In this document: positions 1 to 8,750 of the stretch, piece after piece
Numbering within the stretch: the stretch's first letter is position 1
How the letters are laid out: each line of letters opens with the position of its first letter
Program-made: the position numbers and the translations under genes
Source: Candidatus Iainarchaeum sp.
GTDB taxonomy: Archaea > Iainarchaeota > Iainarchaeia > Iainarchaeales > JAGVWC01
DNA: 64,000 nucleotides
Reading direction: 5' to 3'
Assembly: GCA_018304465.1 (NCBI GenBank)
Contig: JAGVWC010000009.1
Coordinates: 64,001-128,000, forward strand
Notes under the pieces: model-generated
The model's database searches: none
Told to the model about the DNA's origin: nothing
What the model saw: the letters and a program-made list of their open reading frames with translations, nothing else

Positions 1-618
1 ATCGTTCCGCTGGACCGAAAATCCGTTTTCGATTCGTTCGAGAAAAAAAAAGAGGTGTTGGAGACGCTGGGAGGAGTATTGAATGATTTGAACCATAACG
101 ACCAACGAATTTGCGTCGAAACGATTCTGATGCCATCGGATCTGCCGGATTCTTTTTTTTATTCGGGAATGCTTCCAAGCGATTTCAAATTTTTGACAAA
201 AAACAAAAACGTCGGAGTCACGATTGATACGTGTCACGCCGGTATCAGCCAGGAGAATTGCCGGGAAATGCTTCAAAAAAACGCGTTATGCGAAGGATTG
301 GAAAAAAAAGATTTGGACGAAGTCAACGCGCTTGCCAAAGACCCGATCGAAGCGTATCTGTCGCTTGGAAACAAGATTTGGCATGTTCATTATTCGGATT
401 ATAAAAATCGACCCGGACAAAAGCCTTTGCACGGGCCCCCGTTTCCGGATGGAGAACGAAACGAAAACGATTTGTGGAAAGATTTGGAACGGATCCGAAA
501 AGCGACGGACAAAAAAAAGCTGGGTGCGACGCTTGAAATCGTTGAAACCGATTATTTGACGTGTTCCAATATGTGGCAAAGCCTGCAATGGATCGCGCGA
601 CAAGGGGGATCAAAATGA
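1..618 (+). CDS. Sugar phosphate isomerase/epimerase (xylose isomerase-like TIM barrel) family protein, 5' partial
   Basis: Frame +1 open from base 1; metal-binding motifs CVET, TIDTCH, HVHYSD, TLEI. Confidence 0.7.
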   Translation: MVPLDRKSVFDSFEKKKEVLETLGGVLNDLNHNDQRICVETILMPSDLPDSFFYSGMLPSDFKFLTKNKNVGVTIDTCHAGISQENCREMLQKNALCEGLEKKDLDEVNALAKDPIEAYLSLGNKIWHVHYSDYKNRPGQKPLHGPPFPDGERNENDLWKDLERIRKATDKKKLGATLEIVETDYLTCSNMWQSLQWIARQGGSK

Positions 619-1340
619 ATTTGGGAATTCGAAAAGCATTCGTGTTGGCCGGCGGAAAAGGGGAACGTTTGCGACCATTGACCTTGGAAACCGCAAAACC
701 GCTCGTCGAAGTCGCGGGAAAACCGATTCTTCAATGGAACCTTGAGCTGCTTCGGTCGTACGGCGTCGAAGAAGTTGTTCTTGGAATCGGTCATATGGGT
801 CACCAGGTACAACATTTTTTCAAGGACGGAGAGGATTTGGGAATCGCGATCGCGTACAGCGTCGAAAAAGATTTTCTTGGGACCGCGGGCGCGCTCAAAT
901 TGGCCGAGCATTTTTTGGACGACGAGGAAACCTTCATCATGATGAATGGCGACGAAGTCAAAGACGTTTTTTTTGACAAAGTAAAGAGCGTGTACGAAAA
1001 AAACGACGCGCAGGGCTGTATTTCATTGACCCGCGTGAAAGACGTTTCCGAATTCGGGTCCGTGAAACTGGATGGCGAGCGAATCACGGCGTTTTTGGAA
1101 AAAAGCCAGTCGCCGCAAAACGAACAAGGACTCGTGAATTGCGGAGCGTATGTTCTTTCAAATCAGGTGTTTGATTTGATTCCAAAAGAACAAAAGGTTT
1201 CGATTGAAAAAGACGTGTTTCCGAAGCTTGCGGAACAAAAACGCTTGTTTGGAATCGAGTCAACGGGACAATGGTTTCCAACAGATGATTTACCGCGGCT
1301 TGAAAACGCCCGAAGTGGATGGAAAACAACTTTTAAATGA
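615..1340 (+). CDS. NDP-sugar pyrophosphorylase / nucleotidyltransferase family
   Basis: LAGGKGERLRPLT...KPL, LGTAGAL, MNGD motifs; ATGA overlap with upstream stop. Confidence 0.9.
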   Translation: MNLGIRKAFVLAGGKGERLRPLTLETAKPLVEVAGKPILQWNLELLRSYGVEEVVLGIGHMGHQVQHFFKDGEDLGIAIAYSVEKDFLGTAGALKLAEHFLDDEETFIMMNGDEVKDVFFDKVKSVYEKNDAQGCISLTRVKDVSEFGSVKLDGERITAFLEKSQSPQNEQGLVNCGAYVLSNQVFDLIPKEQKVSIEKDVFPKLAEQKRLFGIESTGQWFPTDDLPRLENARSGWKTTFK

Positions 1341-1370
1341 ATCCCCCCATAAAACCGGTATCGCGATTAC

Positions 1371-1901
1371 ATGGAATTACGAGAACACATTCGAACCATT
1401 TCGGATTTTCCAAAACAAGGCGTTTTATTTAAGGATATCACGCCGCTTTTAGCGAACAAAAAGGCTTTTCGGCAATGCGTTGATGAAATCGTCGAGCATT
1501 ATTTAACGAAAGGAATTCATTTTGACAAAGTTGTGAGTGCCGAATCCCGTGGATTTATTTTTGGTTCTGTGCTCGCGTATGAATTTCATGCAGGATTTGT
1601 TCCATTGCGAAAACCCGGAAAATTGCCATGTAGTTGCATCCGGGAGGAATTCAAAACCGAATATTCCACTGATGCATTTGAAATGCATGCGGATGCATTA
1701 CGACCAGAGGAATCGGTATTAGTCGTTGATGATATAATTGCCAGTGGAGGAACACTGGAAGCCGCAGCGCGGTTGGTGGAACGAAGCGGCGCAAAAGTCG
1801 AAGGAATTTGTTGTGTAATTGAGTTGCCGTTTTTGGGCGGAAAAGAAAAAATAAAAAAATACGATTTTTTTTCGTTGTTTTCATTTGAGAAAGGCGAATG
1901 A
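1371..1901 (+). CDS. apt: Adenine phosphoribosyltransferase
   Basis: DFPKQGVLFKDITPLL, ESRGF, RKPGKLP, VVDDIIASGGT PRPP motif. Confidence 0.95.
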   Translation: MELREHIRTISDFPKQGVLFKDITPLLANKKAFRQCVDEIVEHYLTKGIHFDKVVSAESRGFIFGSVLAYEFHAGFVPLRKPGKLPCSCIREEFKTEYSTDAFEMHADALRPEESVLVVDDIIASGGTLEAAARLVERSGAKVEGICCVIELPFLGGKEKIKKYDFFSLFSFEKGE

Positions 1902-2683
1902 AGATGATTGGAATTATTGGGGGAACCGGGTTGGAAGACTCGAAAATCCTAAAAAATACGGAAGAGAAAACAGTTTCCACGCCGTGGGGAGATCCTTCAA
2001 GTCCGATTACGCTCGGGGAAATTGCGGGAAAAAAAGTAGCGATTTTGTCTCGGCATGGACGAAAACACCAGTTTAATCCAACCAAAGTGAATTATCGCGC
2101 CAATATTTGGGCATTAAAAGAGCTGGGATGTCATCGGTTACTTGCGTCCACGGCGTGCGGTTCTTTGCAGGAAGAAATGCATCCGGGAGAACTCGTAATT
2201 GCGGATAATTTTATCGATTGGACACGTCATCGAACCGTTACTTTTTTTGAAAAAGACCAAGTGGCACATGTTCCCATGGCGGACCCGTTTTGTCCGACGT
2301 TGCGAAAGAATTTAGCCGACTCCGCAAAAGAGCTCAATCTTTCTTTTCATTCAAAAGGAACCATTGTAACCATTGAGGGCCCTCGTTTTTCAACGCGTGC
2401 CGAAAGCCATTTGTTTCGATCTATAAAAGCCGATGTGATTAACATGACCACGGTCCCGGAAGTGATTCTTGCGCGGGAAGCCGGCATGTGCTATGCGACT
2501 ATTGCGTTGGTAACGGATTATGATTGCTGGAAAGAAACCGAAGAAAGCGTGGATATTGCAACTGTGCTTCGGGTAATGAAGCAAAATGCGGAGAACGCTA
2601 AAATGCTTTTTATCCAAACCATTTCAAAAATTGAGGACGATCGGTGCCATTGCCAGCAATTCATTGAAAAATCCTTACTCTAA
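1898..2683 (+). CDS. mtnP: S-methyl-5'-thioadenosine phosphorylase
   Basis: GIIGGTG, RHGRKH, NYRANIWALK, EGPRFSTRAES, VTDYDCW. Confidence 0.93.
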   Translation: MKMIGIIGGTGLEDSKILKNTEEKTVSTPWGDPSSPITLGEIAGKKVAILSRHGRKHQFNPTKVNYRANIWALKELGCHRLLASTACGSLQEEMHPGELVIADNFIDWTRHRTVTFFEKDQVAHVPMADPFCPTLRKNLADSAKELNLSFHSKGTIVTIEGPRFSTRAESHLFRSIKADVINMTTVPEVILAREAGMCYATIALVTDYDCWKETEESVDIATVLRVMKQNAENAKMLFIQTISKIEDDRCHCQQFIEKSLL

Positions 2684-2712
2684 AAATATACATAAGGAGA
2701 ATTTTTCGAGGT

Positions 2713-3180
2713 TTGTTTTTCGTGAACGTAAAGGGTAATCTGATCACGGCATGGATGCATTTGCTGGTTTTTCACGAGTTAAACCGGCTGCGCGTGACGC
2801 ATGAATGGCCGATCGAGAAAATTTTACCCGAAAAAACGGTGCTTCTCACCAAAAACGGTTCGGTGCGATCGGGAAGATTCGATTTTTTGGTTCAAACCAA
2901 GGACAAGTCCATCGGAATTGAAGTGTTGACGCGTCCAAGTCAGGGAAAACTCAAGCAAAAACTCGCTTACGCAAGCGAAGTGGACGAATTCGTGTTCGTG
3001 GTTCCAAAAGAAGCGCTGGAATTCTACAAGAAAAAAGATCACAAAATTCCAAGCAGAGTCCGGCCGAGTTTTTTCGGAAAAGAATTCAAAAGCCCGAACC
3101 TGAAAGCCTGGATCGTTGATCTGGCAGACGGACGCATTCTGAAAAAAAGCGTTTTTTCAAAAGTATTCAACACGAAGTGA
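2713..3180 (+). CDS. Hypothetical protein, PD-(D/E)XK nuclease-like fold
   Basis: IEK...GRFDFLV....IGIEVLT pattern; catalytic K position not conserved. Confidence 0.45.
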   Translation: MFFVNVKGNLITAWMHLLVFHELNRLRVTHEWPIEKILPEKTVLLTKNGSVRSGRFDFLVQTKDKSIGIEVLTRPSQGKLKQKLAYASEVDEFVFVVPKEALEFYKKKDHKIPSRVRPSFFGKEFKSPNLKAWIVDLADGRILKKSVFSKVFNTK

Positions 3181-3282
3181 GCCGCGACCGGTAATTTTGT
3201 TTTCCGAAACACAAGCCCTCTAAAACCCTTATCGTCAGGCATAAAAAGACTTTGATGAATTTTCCCTATTGGAGCGATTTTG

Positions 3283-4428
3283 ATGTCAACCGTGGCAATT
3301 GTAGGAGCGGGACCAGCCGGATTGAAAACGGCGGCACACTTGGCCAAGGAAGGCATTGACGTCACGGTGTTGGAAGAACACGAAAAAGTCGGGGAACCCT
3401 GCAATTGTTCTGGACTCATCAGCGTGGAGGGCGCCAAAAAAGCCGATTTGCCGCTGGATGACTGTTTAATCGGAAAAATAACAGGAGCCAAACTTTTTGC
3501 TCCAAACAACGCGATGCTGGTGGTTCAGCGAAACACAGCGGTTGCAAAAGTCGTGGACCGCGCCAAACTGGATCAGTTACTGGCCAAAGAAGCCCAGAAA
3601 TTCGGCGCGAATATCCGAAGCAAAAGCCGCCTGATCGATATCCGGAACGAAACCTTGTTTTTGGAGTCAAGCGGCCGCGGAGAAATTTTAAAAAGCAAGA
3701 TCGTGGTGGGTGCCGATGGTCCGAGTTCGAAAGTGCGAAATCTCATGGGAATCGAAGCCGGAATGAACGATTTCATCCATTCGTACCAGGTGCGCGCCGA
3801 AGGCGTGTTCGATCCGAATTTTGTCGAATTGTATTTCGGCGGGTTTGCGGTTAATTTTTTCGCGTGGGTAGTACCCGAATCCAAAAGCGTGGCCAAAGTC
3901 GGGCTCGGATGCAAAACCGGTTTGAATCCGAAGAATCAATTCGAAGCGTTTTTGAAGGCAAAGCAGATGGAATTGTACGATCGATTCGAGGAAAAAAGTT
4001 TTTTGATTCCGTGTCGAAAACCCTTGAACAGTCTCGTGGCGCAAAACAAGCTGTTGGTGGGCGACGCGGCGTTCCAAACCAAGGCGACGACCGGGGGCGG
4101 GATCGTGACCAGTTCGCTTGCGGGAAAACTCGCGGCGGAAACGATTCGCGAGCATTTGTTTGAGAAAAAAAAACTCGAAAATTACAACAAAAAACTCGAT
4201 TGGCTTAACAAGGAACTCAACATGCATTGGAAGATTCACAATTATTATACCAAATTAAACGACAACCAGGTCAATAAACTGTTTGAAAAAGCCAAGAAAG
4301 CAAAAGTCGAGGAATTGCTGTCGGATTACGGCAACATGGATTTTCCCACGCAGTTCATTCCGAAATTGGTTTCGAATCCGCGCGTGATCTTTTTCTTGCC
4401 GGACGTGCTGCAATTCTGGCGAAGCTGA
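3283..4428 (+). CDS. Geranylgeranyl reductase family FAD-dependent oxidoreductase
   Basis: VGAGPAG, CSGLIS, VGADGPSS, WVVP, VGDAA..TTGGGI. Confidence 0.9.
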   Translation: MSTVAIVGAGPAGLKTAAHLAKEGIDVTVLEEHEKVGEPCNCSGLISVEGAKKADLPLDDCLIGKITGAKLFAPNNAMLVVQRNTAVAKVVDRAKLDQLLAKEAQKFGANIRSKSRLIDIRNETLFLESSGRGEILKSKIVVGADGPSSKVRNLMGIEAGMNDFIHSYQVRAEGVFDPNFVELYFGGFAVNFFAWVVPESKSVAKVGLGCKTGLNPKNQFEAFLKAKQMELYDRFEEKSFLIPCRKPLNSLVAQNKLLVGDAAFQTKATTGGGIVTSSLAGKLAAETIREHLFEKKKLENYNKKLDWLNKELNMHWKIHNYYTKLNDNQVNKLFEKAKKAKVEELLSDYGNMDFPTQFIPKLVSNPRVIFFLPDVLQFWRS

Positions 4429-4497
4429 AAAATAGGACGCCAGGAAGCCCGATTGGAACCCCGATCGAAATAATAATTTGTCGGGATTTGTTTGTAC

Positions 4498-4812
4498 ATG
4501 ATTTCTTTTTCGGAAAAAGTATTCGCGGCCATGAAGCGGATTCCAAAGGGCAAAGTGTCGACCTATCGGGAAATAGCCAAATTCATCGGAAAACCCAACG
4601 CTTTTCGGGCCGTGGGGAACACGTGCAATAAGAACCCGAACGCGCCAAGAGTCCCCTGTCATCGCGTGGTAAAATCGGACGGTCGGGTCGGCGGATACGC
4701 GTTTGGAGAAAAAAAGAAAATTTTGTTGCTTCAAAACGAGGGGATCAAGGTTAAAAAAGGAAGAATTCTCAATTTTGAAGATTGTTTATTGAAAACATCA
4801 GAAGGAAGGTGA
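4498..4812 (+). CDS. Methylated-DNA-protein-cysteine methyltransferase (MGMT) single-domain protein
   Basis: IPKGKVSTY, RAVGN, PCHRVV active-site motif, LLQNEG. Confidence 0.9.
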   Translation: MISFSEKVFAAMKRIPKGKVSTYREIAKFIGKPNAFRAVGNTCNKNPNAPRVPCHRVVKSDGRVGGYAFGEKKKILLLQNEGIKVKKGRILNFEDCLLKTSEGR

Positions 4813-4816
4813 AAAA

Positions 4817-5128
4817 TTGCCTCGACGAAACCAACGAAAAGATTCGAATCGCAGCCGAAAATTCATTCGCGTTCGAAAACCGCGTAGTGCCGGATCGCAA
4901 GTCGCGCAGGCGTTTAATGTTCCGATCGGAAGCAAGATTCGAAGAAAATACAATCCGCTGGCCCGAAGAAAAAAATTCGATGTCGTGCAATCCAGAACCG
5001 CGGGCCTAAAAGTCAGACTGAACCCCGGAATGACCCTACAATTGGCCCTTGAAAAGCTTAAGAAGCTGGGAAAAAAAGAATCAAAAGGAAAATTAGTGCC
5101 GAAATCAAAACGCAGAGGCGACCAATGA
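4817..5128 (+). CDS. Hypothetical highly basic protein
   Basis: GGAGG-like RBS (aggtga) upstream; ATGA overlap with aroF; very R/K-rich. Confidence 0.5.
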   Translation: MPRRNQRKDSNRSRKFIRVRKPRSAGSQVAQAFNVPIGSKIRRKYNPLARRKKFDVVQSRTAGLKVRLNPGMTLQLALEKLKKLGKKESKGKLVPKSKRRGDQ

Positions 5129-5940
5129 CCAAAATGCCGCTGTATTTGCGAAAAAACACGTCCGACCAATCGGTCGTAAAAGTCGGTCCTGTGCGCATTG
5201 GCGGGCCGAAAATCGCGGTGATCGCGGGACCGTGTTCCGTGGAATCCGAAGCCCAGTTGTTGCTTTGCGCGGAATTCCTGAAAAAAAGCGGGATCAAAAT
5301 CATGCGCGCCTCGGCGTTCAAACCGCGGACCAGCCCGTATTCGTTTCAGGGATTAGGCGAAGAAGGCCTCAAGTTGTTGTCCAAAGTCGGCCATCAAACG
5401 GGGCTTGCAGTTGAAACCGAGGTCATGGATGTACGCGATGTGGCGGTTGCGGCCAAGTACGTGGATGTATTGCGGGTAGGAGCGCGCAACATGCAAAATT
5501 ACGATTTGCTGGAAGAAATGGGAAAACAGAAAAAACCGGTGATTTTGAAAAACGGTCTTGCAGCCACGATGGACGAATTCCTAAACGCTGCGGAGTACAT
5601 TCTTAAAGAAGGAAACCCGAATGTTATCTTATGTTTGCGGGGAATTCGGACTTTTGAAACCAAAACCCGTTTTTCGTTTGATCCCGGTTTGATTCCGGCG
5701 CTCAAACACGAAACCCATTTACCGGTAATCGTAGACCCGTCGCATCCGGCGGGAAAACGTGAATTCGTTCCGGCAATCGCGCGCGCGGCGATCGCGGCCG
5801 GAGCGGATGGATTACTGATCGAAGTGCATCCGAATCCCGTGCTCGCGTTAAGCGACAACGACCAGCAGCTGGATTTTCCGGAATTCGAAAAACTGCTCGG
5901 CGAGTTAAAACGCGTGACGATTGCTGTCGGCAGGCAATAA
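5125..5940 (+). CDS. aroF: 3-deoxy-7-phosphoheptulonate (DAHP) synthase, type I-beta
   Basis: IAGPCSVES, KPRTSPYSFQGLG, GARNMQN, DPSH, IEVHPNP. Confidence 0.93.
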   Translation: MTKMPLYLRKNTSDQSVVKVGPVRIGGPKIAVIAGPCSVESEAQLLLCAEFLKKSGIKIMRASAFKPRTSPYSFQGLGEEGLKLLSKVGHQTGLAVETEVMDVRDVAVAAKYVDVLRVGARNMQNYDLLEEMGKQKKPVILKNGLAATMDEFLNAAEYILKEGNPNVILCLRGIRTFETKTRFSFDPGLIPALKHETHLPVIVDPSHPAGKREFVPAIARAAIAAGADGLLIEVHPNPVLALSDNDQQLDFPEFEKLLGELKRVTIAVGRQ

Positions 5941-6235
5941 AAAAACAAGCCTGGTTTGGAAACCGCCAACGAGAAGTTCGTCTTCAAAAAAGGATTAAAA
6001 AACCGCTTTGACAAGTTTTTTACATGACCATCCAACTTACCTACTTGCAAGGCGACTGAAAAGGTCTAGCGGAGCCGTTCGAAGCCAGTTGTATTATATC
6101 CGGCAACAGCTTCTCGCGGGAAGTCATTTATCCGGCCTATTGAAAAGAAAAAAAATCGACGGGTTCCGAAAAGCGGTTGACGACTCCAAAAACCAAATCG
6201 GAAGGTTAATATAGAGGAATTGACTTGACACACGT

Positions 6236-8125
6236 ATGAAACACGGGTTGCGGTTATTGTTCGCGCTCGTTCTGATTTTGGGTCCCGTGCTCGGACAATC
6301 CCCAGATTCTTCAGTGCTCCCAGGTGAAAACGGCGAGTTTCCAGCTGATCAAGGACCGCCGGAAAACAGTTCGGGCGAACAAGGGCCAGGCCCGCCGGGC
6401 GCAACCGGTCCAGTGCCGCCGGGTTGTTCGACCAACGAAACCGCCGCAGGGGTTTTGGAGATTTCGTGTGAGTTTGACAAAAGCGCGTTTTCGGATTTTG
6501 ATTTGAGCGCACAGGTTCAATCTTGCGCGGATTCGTTTGAAATGATTAATGGCTCGCCGGCGTGCATCGCGCGTGGAAAAACGAGTTTTAAGGAAGCATC
6601 GTGTCCGAGTGCCGGACAGATCAGCGCGTTGAAATCCAAGTGCGACGGCGAACTCAAGGAATTCGTCGACGAAGCGAATTGCAACGCCGTGGTGTGCCTG
6701 CACAGCCAGTTCAAGCAAGAGTTCGACCAAAAAATCGCGGAGACTTTTGGCGAAGAACCGGTCAAGGCCAAAGTGTTTTCGTGCCAAAAAGACGGCGGAA
6801 CTCCGATCATTGTGGGGGAAAACGTGAAATGCCTGCGGCAAATCGACGATCCGGTGCTGGTGGAAAAAAACCTGGGATCGTTGACCGTGGACGACGTGGC
6901 GGGAGCGGCTGACAAACTCGGACAGCTTAAAACCAAGTTGGATACTTTATCGGAAAAGATGTCGACGGCCCAGGAAAAGTTCGAGCAAAACGGAAAAACC
7001 GAGCAAGTGGAAGTGTTCGAATTCGGAAAAGAAAAAATCGCGTTGGTTCAGGATCAGATCAGTCAGATTCAAGAAGCATTGTCCGACCCCGCGGAACTTA
7101 GCGTCTCGGACCGGCAAGAATTGTTAATGGATATTTCGACGATCAAAAAGACGATTTCCGAAGTGACGGTCACCGTGGCCAGCGGAAAAATCGCGTCTGA
7201 AAACGAATTGGCGGACGAGATGTTCGCGCGTCTCGACGCGTATTACGGAACCCCGTGGAAAAACAAAGCGGAGTTCCAAGAGTGGCGCGACCGCGAAAAA
7301 CAAGCCTTTGACATCATCCAAAACTGTGAGCAGTATTCTGCGGCGTCGCCCAAGACTTTCGTTCCGCCAGATCCTGACGCGCGCGTAGTCAAAATCGAAG
7401 TCATGGGACTCGTGGGCACCAAATGCCGTTTCGTGTTGCATTCGGCGCGCGGGGACAAAGCCGAGTTTTTGCTTCCGGGCGAATCGTACCTGGGCTGGAA
7501 CGGACCCGAAAAATTGTTGGGTTTGACCTGCAGCGGCGATTGCGAGTGGATGACTCAGTTACTTGAAATCGTCAAGAATGGAGGTCCGAGTTCCGATCCG
7601 CAGCAGGTTTGCATTCAAAAATGCGTGTACAAGAATTGTTCGGAAGGACATTTCGCGTGCCTGGAAAAAAACCGGGTCGCGTGCGAAGCGGAATGTGGAA
7701 TTGAAAAAGAACCCTTGCCGATCGGGCCCAGTGGAGAGGTCGACAAGTACCCGTTGTGTGTTTCGATGTGCGCTGGAGGTCTGCGGTGCGGCGGTGACAT
7801 TGTTAATGCCACGTGCAGCGAGTGCGAGGAAAAATGCATGACCCAGTACGGCCCCGGCGCGTGGTATGAACGCTGTCTCAACAATGAACAATTACAGGCC
7901 CAAAAAGCCAGATGCGGAAATGGAGAATACGCCGAACCCGTGGAAGAATTCATCAAGGACAAGACGTGTATTACGGGCGTGGTCTGCAAGCAATTCGAAC
8001 CGCCTGCGGGCGACGATCCGGGAACCGGGCCTGACGTCGGCCCGACTGGTCAAGTCGTGTTGCCGGAACTGGAAAACGACTGGGTGTCGGGTTTTCTGGA
8101 TTGGCTCAATGAGTGGTTTGGATGA
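6236..8125 (+). CDS. Secreted Cys-rich hypothetical protein with central coiled coil
   Basis: N-terminal signal peptide, many Cys, heptad region, Trp-rich amphipathic C-terminus. Confidence 0.8.
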   Translation: MKHGLRLLFALVLILGPVLGQSPDSSVLPGENGEFPADQGPPENSSGEQGPGPPGATGPVPPGCSTNETAAGVLEISCEFDKSAFSDFDLSAQVQSCADSFEMINGSPACIARGKTSFKEASCPSAGQISALKSKCDGELKEFVDEANCNAVVCLHSQFKQEFDQKIAETFGEEPVKAKVFSCQKDGGTPIIVGENVKCLRQIDDPVLVEKNLGSLTVDDVAGAADKLGQLKTKLDTLSEKMSTAQEKFEQNGKTEQVEVFEFGKEKIALVQDQISQIQEALSDPAELSVSDRQELLMDISTIKKTISEVTVTVASGKIASENELADEMFARLDAYYGTPWKNKAEFQEWRDREKQAFDIIQNCEQYSAASPKTFVPPDPDARVVKIEVMGLVGTKCRFVLHSARGDKAEFLLPGESYLGWNGPEKLLGLTCSGDCEWMTQLLEIVKNGGPSSDPQQVCIQKCVYKNCSEGHFACLEKNRVACEAECGIEKEPLPIGPSGEVDKYPLCVSMCAGGLRCGGDIVNATCSECEEKCMTQYGPGAWYERCLNNEQLQAQKARCGNGEYAEPVEEFIKDKTCITGVVCKQFEPPAGDDPGTGPDVGPTGQVVLPELENDWVSGFLDWLNEWFG

Positions 8126-8424
8126 AAACCGCTTTGATACTGATTGGTTTGATGGGAATTCTACTGCTGGTGGGTTGCACCCAGTATTCACCTCCAGCAA
8201 CGGGAACTGGGGACGACTCGACGCCTCAAACACCGGAAGCGATGATCGGTCAAAACCAGGATTCGAATTCCGGTTCGCAAAGTTCCAGGACTCCTTTGAC
8301 GCCATCGGCTGAACCGGGACTCGAGGCTCCGCCGTCACCTGCGGAACCCACGCCGGAAAACATAGCGAGCGAACTGGACGACTTGATGACCGACTTCGAC
8401 GACGTCGAAACTGATTTGAAGTAA
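8122..8424 (+). CDS. Small acidic lipoprotein
   Basis: MKTALILIGLMGILLLVGC lipobox; ATGA overlap with previous stop. Confidence 0.75.
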   Translation: MKTALILIGLMGILLLVGCTQYSPPATGTGDDSTPQTPEAMIGQNQDSNSGSQSSRTPLTPSAEPGLEAPPSPAEPTPENIASELDDLMTDFDDVETDLK

Positions 8425-8750
8425 ACTGGTTAACCATAGCTCCGTTTTGGTGGCGGGATAGTGAAGGCGCTCAACGATTTTTGGAACGCTCTCCGCGTAC
8501 ACGCGGCCAGATACACCTCCAACGAATGGAGTTTTACTACAATTTCATCAAGAATCGGGATGGTGGTATCGAACCACCAGCCGTTAGACTCGACTACGTT
8601 AGATGCCTGCCAAAAACCAGTATAAAACAATGATTCGCCCAACTGCTCGAACAAGCCAGTGCCCTATGGCGCCGGCTCACCAACCGAAAATGTCACCAGT
8701 TCCAAAAGCGATGAGAAACTATTAATAATATTAAATCCAAACTAATTCTG

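Noticed and set aside
6008-6214. Short ORF with HTH-like LARRLKRSSGAVRSQL
   Set aside because: TTG start without RBS and short; may be a fragment but cannot be supported
8430-8700. Minus-strand 74-aa ORF
   Set aside because: No convincing start or recognisable motif
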